Source of the DNA: Candidatus Gorgyraea atricola
GTDB taxonomy: Bacteria; Omnitrophota; Gorgyraeia; Gorgyraeales; Gorgyraeaceae
NCBI GenBank assembly: GCA_030765235.1
Contig: JAVCCW010000010.1
Coordinates: forward strand, 94,907 to 158,906
DNA: 64,000 bases
Reading direction: 5' to 3'
The notes beneath the pieces are model-generated. The model saw only the letters and a program-made list of their open reading frames with translations. It made no database searches and was not told where the DNA came from. Position numbers and translations under genes: made by a program. This document shows, one piece after another, positions 20,128-31,477 of the stretch. The stretch's first letter is position 1; each line of letters starts with the position of its first letter.

Positions 20128-21357
20128 TTACACCGTCTCGAACTTCTTCTCTAAATCATCGCCTTTCGAGATCCTGTAGGCGTATCCCTCCAGGCCTGCG
20201 AGTGCCTCATCAAATTTTCTTGCTGCCTCCATGTCAAGCTGCTCGCCCTCTGCCAACTGGCCAAACGTAGAAGTCGCGAGAACTATGGTTATCAATCTTA
20301 TCCCTTTTGCCTTAAATTGAACAAGGCTTGACAGAGCAGCCATATCATTATCCAGCATTATTGTTATAAGTGTAGAGCTGTATGGTGTAATAAAACTTGC
20401 TTCTTCAAGCGTCTGAGATAGAGAAAATTTACCATCCGAACGAACCTTTGCAAGATATTCTAACATCTTATGCAAATGCGATTCGCCTTTTCCAAAAGGC
20501 AGAGTCATTGCTGTCCTAGAATAACCCATCATCTGCACAAGTGCGCCTTCACTCAAGAGATATTTTGCAATAGACCCTGCTATTTTTACTGAATACTCCA
20601 AGGTTGTCTCTCTTTCTACGCCGACATCATGTTCTTTCTTTAAATCAATAACTATGGTTGCCTCCTGCACTACATTGCGTTCAAACTGCTTTACGATCAA
20701 TTTATTATGCCTGGCTGTTGAAGGCCAATGCATACGGCTCATGGCATCGCCCCTCTGATATTCCCTGACTCCGAAAAACTCATGACTGTCGCCGCCTATC
20801 CTTGTAGTCTCTACACCCATCCACGAAACAGAGCCTTTTGCAAGAGGCGGAAATGAAAATATCTTGAATAGGCCTGGATAGATCAAAATATCCGCAAATA
20901 CACTAAAGATCTTTTTCATCTTGAAAAATCCAAGCGCATCCTGAGAAATAACAAATATCGGGCCTATCTTCCATAAGCCCCTTCTATAGCAGTTAATCAC
21001 ATACCTAAAAGATATTTTCTTTTTGGCTTCTATATCTAATATAAATAGTGATGGCTTTTTCTCGTCAGGCGGCGCAAATGGAACCGTATCTATTATTTCA
21101 AAAAAAGAGGCGTCTATCTTGCGCTTATTCTTAATGTCCATCTTAACATTAAGCATATCATCTTCGAATGCCGTGTCTTGCAATGTCCTGCTTAAAGAGA
21201 TATCAGGAATATTAATCTGCAAGTGTATAAAAGAAAGGGTAAATATGACAAAGGCTATCACGAAAAATATGTAGATCATTGTTATGTCAGTATTCCACGC
21301 GATAGCAAGAAGAAGAATGGATGTTATGAGGAGAAAGATACTTTTCGAAGTAAACAT
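20128..21357 (-). CDS. DUF58 domain protein (MoxR-associated)
   Basis: VREYQRGDAMSRMHWPSTAR signature of DUF58; N-terminal TM helices. Confidence 0.75.
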   Translation of the reverse strand: MFTSKSIFLLITSILLLAIAWNTDITMIYIFFVIAFVIFTLSFIHLQINIPDISLSRTLQDTAFEDDMLNVKMDIKNKRKIDASFFEIIDTVPFAPPDEKKPSLFILDIEAKKKISFRYVINCYRRGLWKIGPIFVISQDALGFFKMKKIFSVFADILIYPGLFKIFSFPPLAKGSVSWMGVETTRIGGDSHEFFGVREYQRGDAMSRMHWPSTARHNKLIVKQFERNVVQEATIVIDLKKEHDVGVERETTLEYSVKIAGSIAKYLLSEGALVQMMGYSRTAMTLPFGKGESHLHKMLEYLAKVRSDGKFSLSQTLEEASFITPYSSTLITIMLDNDMAALSSLVQFKAKGIRLITIVLATSTFGQLAEGEQLDMEAARKFDEALAGLEGYAYRISKGDDLEKKFETV

Positions 21358-22295
21358 TATGCCGGGACTGGAACCTTCTTTAATATATGACTTACTATGT
21401 CTTTCGCTGCGAGGCCGCGGACTATTGAGCGCGGCTGGAGTATTATCCTATGCCTTAATACAGGGAGCGCTAATTTTTTTACATCATCAGGTATTACATA
21501 ATCTCTTTTATCAAGAAAGGCCAAGGCCCTTGCAGTACGCATAAGCGCGAGTGACGCGCGAGGACTTGCGCCAAGCTTTATATCGCCTGGCAATTCTCTT
21601 GTCGTGGAAATGATCTTTACGATGTACTCTGTGATACGCGGCTCTATATGAAGAGACATCACTGCCTTCTGCAAATCAATAATATCCTGTACACTCACAA
21701 CGCTCTTAAGGGTATCCAGGGGCGACTCTTTCACGTTTCTGGTAAGGATCTTTACCTCTTCCTGATTAGAGGGATATCCTACTGCAAGCTGCATAAGGAA
21801 CCTGTCGACCTGGGACTCCGGGAGAGGGTATGTGCCGTGAAACTCTATAGGGTTTTGAGTAGCTATAACAAAAAACGGTTCAGGCAATTTCCTCAATACG
21901 CCGTCAACAGTGATCTTAAACTCCTGCATGGCTTCTAAAAGCGCAGACTGGGTCCTCGGAGTAGTACGGTTTATTTCATCGCCGAGTACTATATTTGCAA
22001 ATATAGGGCCTTTTCTGAATTCAAATTCTCCTGTCTTCTGATTGTATATAGAAACGCCTGTGACATCAGACGGCAAAAGATCTGGCGTAAACTGGATCCT
22101 TTTAAACTCGGCATCTACTGACTTTGAAAGGGATCTGGCAAGCATTGTCTTGCCAAGACCAGGCACATCTTCTAATAGCACATGGCCATTAGCCATAATG
22201 CTGACTACGACAAACTCGATAACCTCTCTCTTGCCTACAATGACCTTTGAGATATTCTCAATTAATTTGTGGGGGATTTCATGAAGATCTGGCAT
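21357..22295 (-). CDS. MoxR-family AAA+ ATPase
   Basis: 312 aa; Walker A GLGKT, MoxR-typical ..IQFTPDLLPSDVTG.. and ATQNPIE. Confidence 0.9.
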   Translation of the reverse strand: MPDLHEIPHKLIENISKVIVGKREVIEFVVVSIMANGHVLLEDVPGLGKTMLARSLSKSVDAEFKRIQFTPDLLPSDVTGVSIYNQKTGEFEFRKGPIFANIVLGDEINRTTPRTQSALLEAMQEFKITVDGVLRKLPEPFFVIATQNPIEFHGTYPLPESQVDRFLMQLAVGYPSNQEEVKILTRNVKESPLDTLKSVVSVQDIIDLQKAVMSLHIEPRITEYIVKIISTTRELPGDIKLGASPRASLALMRTARALAFLDKRDYVIPDDVKKLALPVLRHRIILQPRSIVRGLAAKDIVSHILKKVPVPA

Positions 22296-22312
22296 GTGTT
22301 CCTCCTGTTTTT

Positions 22313-22420
22313 AGCGAAGGTTTCGTAAGGTTGTGTGAGGTTTCGTTAGGTTGCGTAAGGTTACATTATTGCAACTTCACGAAACATTACGAAACTTTAC
22401 GCAACTTCACGCAACCTCCA
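22313..22420. repeat. Family B palindromic repeat copy
   Basis: gcgaaggtttcgtaaggtt...cgcaacttcacgcaacctcc. Confidence 0.85.
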
Positions 22421-22472
22421 TAATATATAATTACACTAACTATATCACAGCCATTAATTATTGTCAAAAAAT

Positions 22473-22512
22473 AAAAACCCCGTTCCAAATTCTTAATTAA
22501 GAATTTGGAACG
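22473..22512 (-). terminator. groEL rho-independent terminator (perfect palindrome ccccgttccaaattcttaa/ttaagaatttggaacgggg + T-run)
   Basis: Perfect 19-bp stems followed by ttttt on the minus strand; preceded by a second hairpin at 22546-22577 (tgtaggtgaccctt/aagggtcacctaca). Confidence 0.7.
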
Positions 22513-22592
22513 GGGCACGGCCCGCGAGTTTGCGCGAGTTATCCACATTGTAGGTGACCCTTAAGGGTCACCTACAATTAGTTGTTTGCGTA

Positions 22593-24345
<1,753 letters not shown>

Positions 24346-24358
24346 TTCTAGTTATATT

Positions 24359-24646
24359 TTATTTAAGTATAGCCAGGATGTCTTCTTCCCTTAAGATAAT
24401 GTATTCCTGGTCATCGTGAGTTATTTCATTGCCAGCGTATTTCCCAAAAAGCACCTTGTCGCCCTTTTTTACCTCTAAAGGCTCTACCTTGCCGCTCTCC
24501 AATACCTTGCCCTTGCCAGCAGCAACTACTTCACCCTTCTGCGGCTTTTCCTTTGCAGTCTCTGGCAGCAAAATGCCACCCTTTGTCTTCTCCTCAGCTT
24601 CGAGACGTTTTACCAAAACCCTGTCTCCTAATGGTTGTATTGCCAT
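24359..24646 (-). CDS. groS: co-chaperonin GroES
   Basis: 95 aa [14 protein letters not shown]... Confidence 0.97.
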   Translation of the reverse strand: MAIQPLGDRVLVKRLEAEEKTKGGILLPETAKEKPQKGEVVAAGKGKVLESGKVEPLEVKKGDKVLFGKYAGNEITHDDQEYIILREEDILAILK

Positions 24647-24673
24647 ACTTACACCCCCTTGTATTGTTTGTTG

Positions 24674-24700
24674 TTAGCACTCTATTTAGAGGAGTGCTAT
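24674..24700 (-). promoter_or_regulatory. CIRCE operator (HrcA binding site) upstream of groES
   Basis: TTAGCACTC-TATTTAGAG-GAGTGCTAt matches the TTAGCACTC-N9-GAGTGCTAA consensus with one mismatch. Confidence 0.85.
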
Positions 24701-24711
24701 TAAGGAAGTAC

Positions 24712-24740
24712 TATAATAAGCCAATATCAATTTCTTGTCA
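24712..24740 (-). promoter_or_regulatory. sigma70-type promoter of groESL (TTGACA-17-TATTAT)
   Basis: Minus strand TTGACAagaaattgatattggctTATTAT immediately upstream of CIRCE. Confidence 0.65.
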
Positions 24741-24748
24741 AGGATTTT

Positions 24749-25405
24749 TTATCTGGATTCAAAAGAGATGATTACGTTGAAGGTGATCTGGTATTGGCTC
24801 ATGCCTTTGGGGAATGATGGGAATGGGCTGGCATCTCTTACGCTATTTATGGCGATCTTTCTTAGTGTTGGACTTCGCGCAGATCTTTCATCTATTACCT
24901 TGACCAAAAGCAGCTCGCCGCTTGAGGCAACCACAAAGGATAAAAACACCTCGCCCCTGGCCAACCTCTTTCTACGCGGGTAATTCTTGTCCGCATACTG
25001 TCTTATCTTCTCCCTAACCGAGCGGTAATAGCTTATGTATGTTGCCTTTTTAGCATCGTCCTTCTCTTCCTCAATTACCTTTTCAAAGCGCTTCTCTTTT
25101 ACCTCCACCTTCTTATGCGCTGCAACACGCCTCGGCTTCTTCTGCGCAACCTGCTTCTTCTTTACAGCGATCTTCTTTGGGGGCTTAGCTATCTCTTCCT
25201 TTTTTATGTCAGGGAGTTTCTTTGCAATTGGCTCAACTACCTTTTTAACCTTTGGCGCTTCCTTTATCTTATAATACGCGATCTTTATACTCTGCAAAGA
25301 CCTCTTGCTCGGCATAATCGGCATATGCGGCAGTCCCAAGAAAAAGACAGAATGAGCCACTACAGAAACTAAAAGTGATATTTGAAAAGTCTTATTCTCC
25401 GACAT
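24749..25405 (-). CDS. tonB: TonB family energy transducer
   Basis: N-terminal TM helix, Lys/Pro-rich linker, C-terminal TonB domain (..YYRSVREKIRQY..GEVFLSFVV..). Confidence 0.75.
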   Translation of the reverse strand: MSENKTFQISLLVSVVAHSVFFLGLPHMPIMPSKRSLQSIKIAYYKIKEAPKVKKVVEPIAKKLPDIKKEEIAKPPKKIAVKKKQVAQKKPRRVAAHKKVEVKEKRFEKVIEEEKDDAKKATYISYYRSVREKIRQYADKNYPRRKRLARGEVFLSFVVASSGELLLVKVIDERSARSPTLRKIAINSVRDASPFPSFPKGMSQYQITFNVIISFESR

Positions 25406-25450
25406 GTGTATCTATAATAACAAGTGTTTACTCTTTTGTCAAACGCGAGA

Positions 25451-27445
25451 TTAAAACTTATAACTCGCGCCCATCTCAAAGTTACGCTCTGGCGCGGGGT
25501 AATAGTCTTTTTTATTTGAACTCGAGCTCTTGGCAGCGTATGTGAAATATTTCTCATCGAATATATTATTAATGCCTGCGTAAATCTCCAAGGAATCCTT
25601 ACCATAGGAAAGCTTACTATCCAACGTAAAAAAATCCTTCATCTTGGTCGTCTCATTCCTTGTGTCATTAATAGCATAGCGCTCGCCAACATATCTTCCT
25701 GTCAAAGAAAGATTGTAATCCTCATAAAGCTCAGCTCTCAAACTAACCACAGCCTGATGCATGGGAGTCATCGGTATGTCATTGCTGCCATAGTCGCCGC
25801 CCTTGAATTTTGCCTGCTGACATGTGTAATTTGCATGCATAAAAGCTTTATCTACATAAGGCAAGTCTATGAAATTCGACAAGTCCAGATCTACTCCCAA
25901 CTCAACACCCTTTCTTCTTGTCTTATCATAATTTTCATTTTGACCCGGCGAGGGATAAGGATTCACGTATATCTCATCCTTTATATCTATCCAATACGGC
26001 GTAACTGTAACTATCACTATATCGTCAAAATTATGCCTGATACCAACTTCATATTGCGTACCTGTCTGCTGTCTGAGATTGGTATTTAATCCTGACCAGG
26101 TGCTATACCATTCATCAGTAGCAAGAAATCTAAAACTCTCCTGCATGCTTAAATGCAGGCTAGAATCATCAGAATATTCATATTTAAGGCCAGTCATAAA
26201 TACGGACTCTGTTGGCTCTTTTGTCTCACGCCGCACAGTAGACGCACGCTGATCAAATATATATTCTGCCTTTTGATATCTCGCCCCGCTGTTTATAAAA
26301 AGATTCTTGAACATCTCGTATTCTGAATAACCGTAAAAGCCTATCTCTTCCTTAAATATAGTAAGGTCATCTGAATTCCATTCACTGCCCTTGATTATAT
26401 TTTCAATATCATAATAGTCCGTGCCAATAACAAAATTCAGCTCTTGATCGCCAATGCTGCCATCGTATGTATATTTTATAGTAGCGCCTTCTGTATCTAT
26501 CATGTATTTCTGCGCAGATGGCCAGCCTCCATAATTAAGCCATGAATAAGAGTCTCTGTTTCTGTAAAAGATATCTACGTTAAAATGCGCTGAATCCGTG
26601 ACATCAAACCACGGCCTTAGATCCAGCGACAGATTGACATATCTATCCTTTGTAGAAGCGAAATCACTCTCATCCGGCGACCCGCGCCTGCCATACTGCG
26701 TAAGCTCACCCTGATCATCAAGGCCTCCTGGCATGCCATAGTCATCCTCGTGCCATCCTGCTGTAAGCTCAAGCGATAGATCTTCTGAAAATTCATAACC
26801 CAGCTTTGTATTGCAATCCTTTGTATTCACATTACTATTTGATCTATAGCCATCACTATCGTAATGTTTCAAATATAAATAATGAGAAAACCCTTCTGTC
26901 TTTCCCGAAACTTCTACATCCTCTTGATAACTATCATAGCTCGCGCACATTACACCTGCTTTCCCTGATATGCCTGTGTTACCTTTTTTTGTTATGACGT
27001 TAACTACGCCACCTACTGCATTATCTCCATATAAAACTGAGCCTGTGCCCCTTATGACTTCTATTCTCTCTACGCTCTCCAGTGGTAGCTGCAGCCAATC
27101 AGGGCCTGATATATCTGCAGGATTGACCTTGCGGCCATTTACTAATAAAAGCACGTTTCTCCCAGCAGTATCTCCAAAACCCCTAATATCTACTGTTGCA
27201 GTCTTGGCGCTGCTATTGTCATAATAATGGATCCCTGCCTCTTCCTTTAATATATCTGCCACATTCTGGGCATTAGAGGATTCGATACTCTTAGAGTCGA
27301 TCACAGTAATGTTTGACCCTGTTTTATAATCCTCCTGGGCCATCCTTGTTGGCGTAACTACGATCCTTTCTAACTCCACGTTCTCTGCATAAACAAGCCC
27401 TGTTGATATAGCTAATGCCAATGCCAAAAAAGTTATCTTCATCAC
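25451..27445 (-). CDS. TonB-dependent outer-membrane receptor (BtuB-like, riboswitch-controlled)
   Basis: Signal peptide, plug domain with TonB box region, C-terminal ..GASYKF aromatic terminus; cobalamin riboswitch immediately upstream. Confidence 0.85.
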   Translation of the reverse strand: MMKITFLALALAISTGLVYAENVELERIVVTPTRMAQEDYKTGSNITVIDSKSIESSNAQNVADILKEEAGIHYYDNSSAKTATVDIRGFGDTAGRNVLLLVNGRKVNPADISGPDWLQLPLESVERIEVIRGTGSVLYGDNAVGGVVNVITKKGNTGISGKAGVMCASYDSYQEDVEVSGKTEGFSHYLYLKHYDSDGYRSNSNVNTKDCNTKLGYEFSEDLSLELTAGWHEDDYGMPGGLDDQGELTQYGRRGSPDESDFASTKDRYVNLSLDLRPWFDVTDSAHFNVDIFYRNRDSYSWLNYGGWPSAQKYMIDTEGATIKYTYDGSIGDQELNFVIGTDYYDIENIIKGSEWNSDDLTIFKEEIGFYGYSEYEMFKNLFINSGARYQKAEYIFDQRASTVRRETKEPTESVFMTGLKYEYSDDSSLHLSMQESFRFLATDEWYSTWSGLNTNLRQQTGTQYEVGIRHNFDDIVIVTVTPYWIDIKDEIYVNPYPSPGQNENYDKTRRKGVELGVDLDLSNFIDLPYVDKAFMHANYTCQQAKFKGGDYGSNDIPMTPMHQAVVSLRAELYEDYNLSLTGRYVGERYAINDTRNETTKMKDFFTLDSKLSYGKDSLEIYAGINNIFDEKYFTYAAKSSSSNKKDYYPAPERNFEMGASYKF

Positions 27446-27462
27446 ATTCCCTCCTTAAAAGC

Positions 27463-27700
27463 AAAAAACTCTTAATCCATTATAGTGGATTAAGAGTTGC
27501 ACCCTGTTTTCTTCACCCTTTATGACTGCCCTCAGCAGCTCCCTGTTATAGGGAAAAATATATTGTAAGGTTTTCTGACTTAAGGCCGTCTACTCTCTGC
27601 GCCTTCTCGTCCGCCCAAAGCGAACAATGGCTTATTGCAGATTTCGTAACCTATTACAGCAGCGGGGCTGCGCTGGACTCCCACCAGCTTCCCTTAAACA
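27463..27700 (-). promoter_or_regulatory. cobalamin (B12) riboswitch with terminator expression platform
   Basis: Minus strand AAGGGAAGCTGGTGGGAGTCCAGCGCAGCCCCGCTGCTGTAATAGG matches the AAGGGAA..GGTG..A.TCC..GC.G.CCCGC..CTGTAA core; GAAGGC further on. Terminator aactcttaatccactataatggattaagagtttttt at 27463-27499. Candidate promoter TTGACT-17-TATAAA at about 27740-27770. Confidence 0.75.
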
Positions 27701-27771
27701 ACATAATATGAAATATTCAATTGTAAATATTTTATACCCTAATTACTAAAACAAGTCAACAAAAAAATACC

Positions 27772-27806
27772 TTTGCCGAAAAAGCCGAGGTCCAGCCTCG
27801 GCTTTT
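27772..27806 (-). terminator. rho-independent terminator after the ABC ATPase gene (family G hairpin + T-run)
   Basis: aaaaagccgaggctggacctcggcttttt on the minus strand. Confidence 0.65.
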
Positions 27807-28579
27807 TACCGCCTCACCAAAAACACATGCGGCCGGGATGTCAGGGGATTTTCTTTGACAATGACCCGGGTCTTGTAGACCTCTTCTATTGTCTTGTAAT
27901 CAAGGACCTCGCTTGGTGTGCCTTGTTTTTTTATCCGGCCCTCGCTCAATAATATTAATCTATCGCAATAAAGCGAAGCTAAGTTCAGATCATGCAATAT
28001 CGCAACTACTGTCAATTTTGATTCCTTGTTCAGCTTCTTTAATAGTGAAAATGTCTCTATCTGATGGCTTATATCAAGGTGTGTGGTTGGCTCGTCTAAA
28101 AACAAAACCCTTGGCTTTTGCGCAAGTGCCTTTGCAATGACAACCCTCTGACGCTCGCCACCACTCAGCTCATCTATAAATCTATCCCTCAGGTGTATAG
28201 CATCCACTTCTTCCAGTGCCTTAAATGCGATCCTCAGATCATCCTGAGATTCAAATCCTAATCTGCTCAAATAAGGTATACGGCCCATCAAGACTACATC
28301 CAGCACTTTAAATGGGAACATAAACAGCGCGTCCTGCGGCACTACTGCTATCAGCTTTGCTATCTCTTTTAAAGGTGTATCCTTTAGCCTTTTCTTCTGC
28401 AAATATATCTCGCCCTTAAAAGGCTTTAGCACCTTTGTAGCAGTACGCAAAAGCGTTGATTTGCCTGAGCCGTTCGGGCCGATTATGCCAATAAAATCCC
28501 CAGGATCGACACTAAAGGTCACATCCTTTAGGACCTCAGTACTCCCGTAACCACTCGCGACATCTAAAAAGTAAAGCAT
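27806..28579 (-). CDS. iron-siderophore/B12-type ABC transporter ATP-binding protein (BtuD/FecE-like)
   Basis: Walker A GPNGSGKST, signature LSGGERQR. Confidence 0.9.
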   Translation of the reverse strand: MLYFLDVASGYGSTEVLKDVTFSVDPGDFIGIIGPNGSGKSTLLRTATKVLKPFKGEIYLQKKRLKDTPLKEIAKLIAVVPQDALFMFPFKVLDVVLMGRIPYLSRLGFESQDDLRIAFKALEEVDAIHLRDRFIDELSGGERQRVVIAKALAQKPRVLFLDEPTTHLDISHQIETFSLLKKLNKESKLTVVAILHDLNLASLYCDRLILLSEGRIKKQGTPSEVLDYKTIEEVYKTRVIVKENPLTSRPHVFLVRR

Positions 28580-28580
28580 A

Positions 28581-29552
28581 TTATCTAAAATATACCTTTC
28601 TGGTCCGTCTCAAGATAAATATAAAAAATGGTACACCCACGAACGCGGTAACGACTCCTACTGGGATCTCGGCCGGCGCCATCACAGTCCTTGAAAAAAG
28701 ATCACACACTAAAAGAAACGCCGCTCCTGTTAAAACAGAGCTCGGTATAAGCACTCTGTGGTCAGGCCCTACCAGTCTCCTTGTTATATGAGGCACCATA
28801 AGGCCCACAAAACCTATAATGCCGCACATGGAAACCACGACACTTGTGACCAACGCAGAAATAACCAGCAGTAGTTTTTTTACCTTATTGATATCCACGC
28901 CAAGATGCATTGCGTCTTCTTCTCCTAATGACAAGGCGTTTAATTCCTTTGCAAAAATGGCGGCTAATAATAAACCCAGGGCCACTGCTCCAGAAACAAT
29001 GGCTACATGTATACCTTTATATACCTGTAGATTACCCAGGAGCCACCACATAATAGAATGGACCTTTGCGCTGCTGGAAATAGAGACAAAAAACATCAAG
29101 AGGCTAGAGAATAACGCGCTTACTAATATTCCAGCGATGATCATGTTTTCAGTAGATAATCTATTGCCTGACCTTGCGATATTATAGACGATTATTATGG
29201 TCAGGATGCCGCCTAAAAAGGCCAGGCCATGCGAAGCCGCGACATGCGAAAAGAACAATAACCCTATAACCGCTCCCAGGCCAGAACCAGAAGATACGCC
29301 TAAGACATAGGGTTCTGATAGAGGGTTTCTCAATACACCTTGCAGGACTACGCCTGAGAGACTAAGCCCAGCGCCAGCTGCAATGGCCAGGATAACCCTA
29401 AATAGCCTCAATCTCATAATATCAGAATACTTCTGCAGAAATATCTCATCTATGGCTATTTTGACAGGGCCTATCAGCATGCCTAAGATAATCAGGACAG
29501 TGATAAATAAAAGCGAAGTCAGTATATAAGTCAGGGGTTTAATTCTTTTCAT
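28581..29552 (-). CDS. FecCD-family ABC permease (BtuC-like)
   Basis: 323 aa, about 9-10 TM helices, FecCD family pattern. Confidence 0.85.
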   Translation of the reverse strand: MKRIKPLTYILTSLLFITVLIILGMLIGPVKIAIDEIFLQKYSDIMRLRLFRVILAIAAGAGLSLSGVVLQGVLRNPLSEPYVLGVSSGSGLGAVIGLLFFSHVAASHGLAFLGGILTIIIVYNIARSGNRLSTENMIIAGILVSALFSSLLMFFVSISSSAKVHSIMWWLLGNLQVYKGIHVAIVSGAVALGLLLAAIFAKELNALSLGEEDAMHLGVDINKVKKLLLVISALVTSVVVSMCGIIGFVGLMVPHITRRLVGPDHRVLIPSSVLTGAAFLLVCDLFSRTVMAPAEIPVGVVTAFVGVPFFIFILRRTRKVYFR

Positions 29553-30279
29553 AGAATATCTTGTTTAGTTCTTCGATAGCCAATATGATTCGCGGGCCTG
29601 GTCTTAAAAGGGTATCTGGATTAAAATCCGCATCTTTTGAAAAACTCGTCTTTATAATAATATCCGGATCCCTGTACAATAAAACCTCAGGGCTAAAAAG
29701 GCCATTGTCATCCTTTACATCCTGAGCTATATTATTACCACCTGCCAACCTCACAACATCTCCGATAAACGACGAACCAGTAACAAGCGGATCGTGAAAT
29801 AACTGTACAAAAACCTTGGGTCTATCTGCACCCTTTTTTACTGGTAGATTTTCTATGCGGGTCTTCATATCCTCTATGATAAAGCGGGCCTTATCTTCCC
29901 TATTAAATATCTTGCCAAGCATCAGCATCCTTCCGTGTAGCTCATCCATGCTTTTAGGTGACACCTTTATAATCTTCGCACCCCTTAGCCTTAAATAATC
30001 CATTAGATCAGCATCAAGATCAGCATTCACCAGGATATGGCTTGGCCTTAATAAAATTATCTTTTCTATATTTGGCCTATTAAAACTTCCGACGCGCTCT
30101 ATATCCAGGGCCTTTCTCGGATAATCTGAATACTCATCCACACCTACTACTGACTCGCCAAGTTCGAGGCTAAACAATATCTCCGTAGTATTCGGCGCCA
30201 GAGAAATTATGCGATATTCCCGAGCCATAGCCATGGATGCAATTAATAAAAATAGGCATAAAAATATTATCTTTTTCAA
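29539..30279 (-). CDS. periplasmic substrate-binding protein (BtuF-like, cobalamin/heme class)
   Basis: Signal peptide; RIISLAPNTTEILFSLELGESVVGVDEYSDYP typical of PF01497 binding proteins. Confidence 0.8.
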   Translation of the reverse strand: MKKIIFLCLFLLIASMAMAREYRIISLAPNTTEILFSLELGESVVGVDEYSDYPRKALDIERVGSFNRPNIEKIILLRPSHILVNADLDADLMDYLRLRGAKIIKVSPKSMDELHGRMLMLGKIFNREDKARFIIEDMKTRIENLPVKKGADRPKVFVQLFHDPLVTGSSFIGDVVRLAGGNNIAQDVKDDNGLFSPEVLLYRDPDIIIKTSFSKDADFNPDTLLRPGPRIILAIEELNKIFYEKN

Positions 30280-30800
30280 TACTCTATTCCTTTCCTCGCG
30301 CCAACCTTAGATCTAAAAGGATGTTTTTTATCTATCATTGCCGTCACATAATCCGCATGCTCTTCTATGCCAGAGATATCCCCTCTACCTGTAAGCACCA
30401 ACTCAAGTTCCTGTGGTACACTTTTTAATAATTTGAGGAATTTTTCCTTACTGAAAAACCCTTGATCTATAACATTTATAACTTCATCCAACACCACCAT
30501 GCCATACTTCTTGCTAAACATTACCTTTTCTGCTTCTTTGACCATTCTCTCGATAGCCTTTTTCACCTTCCCTTGTCCCTTGTCACTTGTCACTTGTCCC
30601 ATAAATAAAGGGTGACATTCCTCGCACTTCACAACCTCTATGCTTAACTCCTTAGCCGAAATCTCTTCCCCGCAAACCAGTTTCTCAGGCTTAAAAAACT
30701 GGAACACGCAGACCTTAAGTCCCTGGCCGCTCGCCCTCATTGCCAGGCCAAAGGCCGAAGTAGTCTTGCCTTTTCCATTTCCAGTATAAATATGTATCAT
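30276..30800 (-). CDS. cobO: cob(I)yrinic acid a,c-diamide adenosyltransferase (CobO/BtuR)
   Basis: MIHIYTGNGKGKTTSAFGLAMRA P-loop start typical of CobA/CobO; contains in-frame (cttgtc)-heptamer tract at 30570-30600. Confidence 0.85.
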   Translation of the reverse strand: MIHIYTGNGKGKTTSAFGLAMRASGQGLKVCVFQFFKPEKLVCGEEISAKELSIEVVKCEECHPLFMGQVTSDKGQGKVKKAIERMVKEAEKVMFSKKYGMVVLDEVINVIDQGFFSKEKFLKLLKSVPQELELVLTGRGDISGIEEHADYVTAMIDKKHPFRSKVGARKGIEY

Positions 30801-30821
30801 CTTGGATTTTCTATCCTCTTC

Positions 30822-30957
30822 TTAGAAACTCTAAACACTAAACTCTAAATCCTAAACAAACTCAAAACACAAAACTCAAATGCCAAAACTGCAGTTTTGA
30901 GTTTTGGATTTGGGGTTTTGGATTTGTTTAGAGTTTAGGGTTTCGAATTTAGAGTTT
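30822..30957. repeat. Family F palindromic repeat (aaactctaaa.../...gttttggatttggggttttgg, centre ctgcag)
   Basis: Imperfect inverted repeat; right arm shares words with family A. Confidence 0.8.
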
Positions 30958-30964
30958 ATATTTA

Positions 30965-31477
30965 TCAAAATGCTGACCTACCTGCTATCGTCAGCATCGT
31001 TACTACTGTTGCTGCTATCAGGACGCCGAGGGTTGCGGCTATAAAGGTTGGCACAAAGTGTATGCGTAAAAGTGATGCTATGAGGCAGCCTGTCCACACG
31101 CCTGTGCCTGGGAATGGTATGCCAACGAAAAGCATAAGCCCCAGCGCTTCGTATTTCTCGATAAGCCCGGCACGCTTCTTTGCTCTTGCGAAAAGCCACT
31201 CGAAGAATTTACGCATGAGTTCGGTCTTGCCCAGTCTTTTAGAAATTGGCTCTAATAAAAAATATATCGGCGCTATTGGCAGAAGATTCCCTATCACTGC
31301 ATAAAAAAATACCAAATAAACATCCTGTTTGAGCAGTAGAACGCCTATAGGTATAGACGCCCTTAGCTCAGTAACAGGTAAGGTGCTTAACAATAAGATC
31401 GTTACTTTTGGAGATAATCCGAATGAATATAAGAAGTTGACTATTGCGTCTTGCATAGCATTTAAAAACGTCTCCAC
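30965..31477 (-). CDS. small multidrug-export-like membrane protein (COG2426-like)
   Basis: 170 aa, 4-5 TM helices; weak family assignment. Confidence 0.45.
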   Translation of the reverse strand: METFLNAMQDAIVNFLYSFGLSPKVTILLLSTLPVTELRASIPIGVLLLKQDVYLVFFYAVIGNLLPIAPIYFLLEPISKRLGKTELMRKFFEWLFARAKKRAGLIEKYEALGLMLFVGIPFPGTGVWTGCLIASLLRIHFVPTFIAATLGVLIAATVVTMLTIAGRSAF

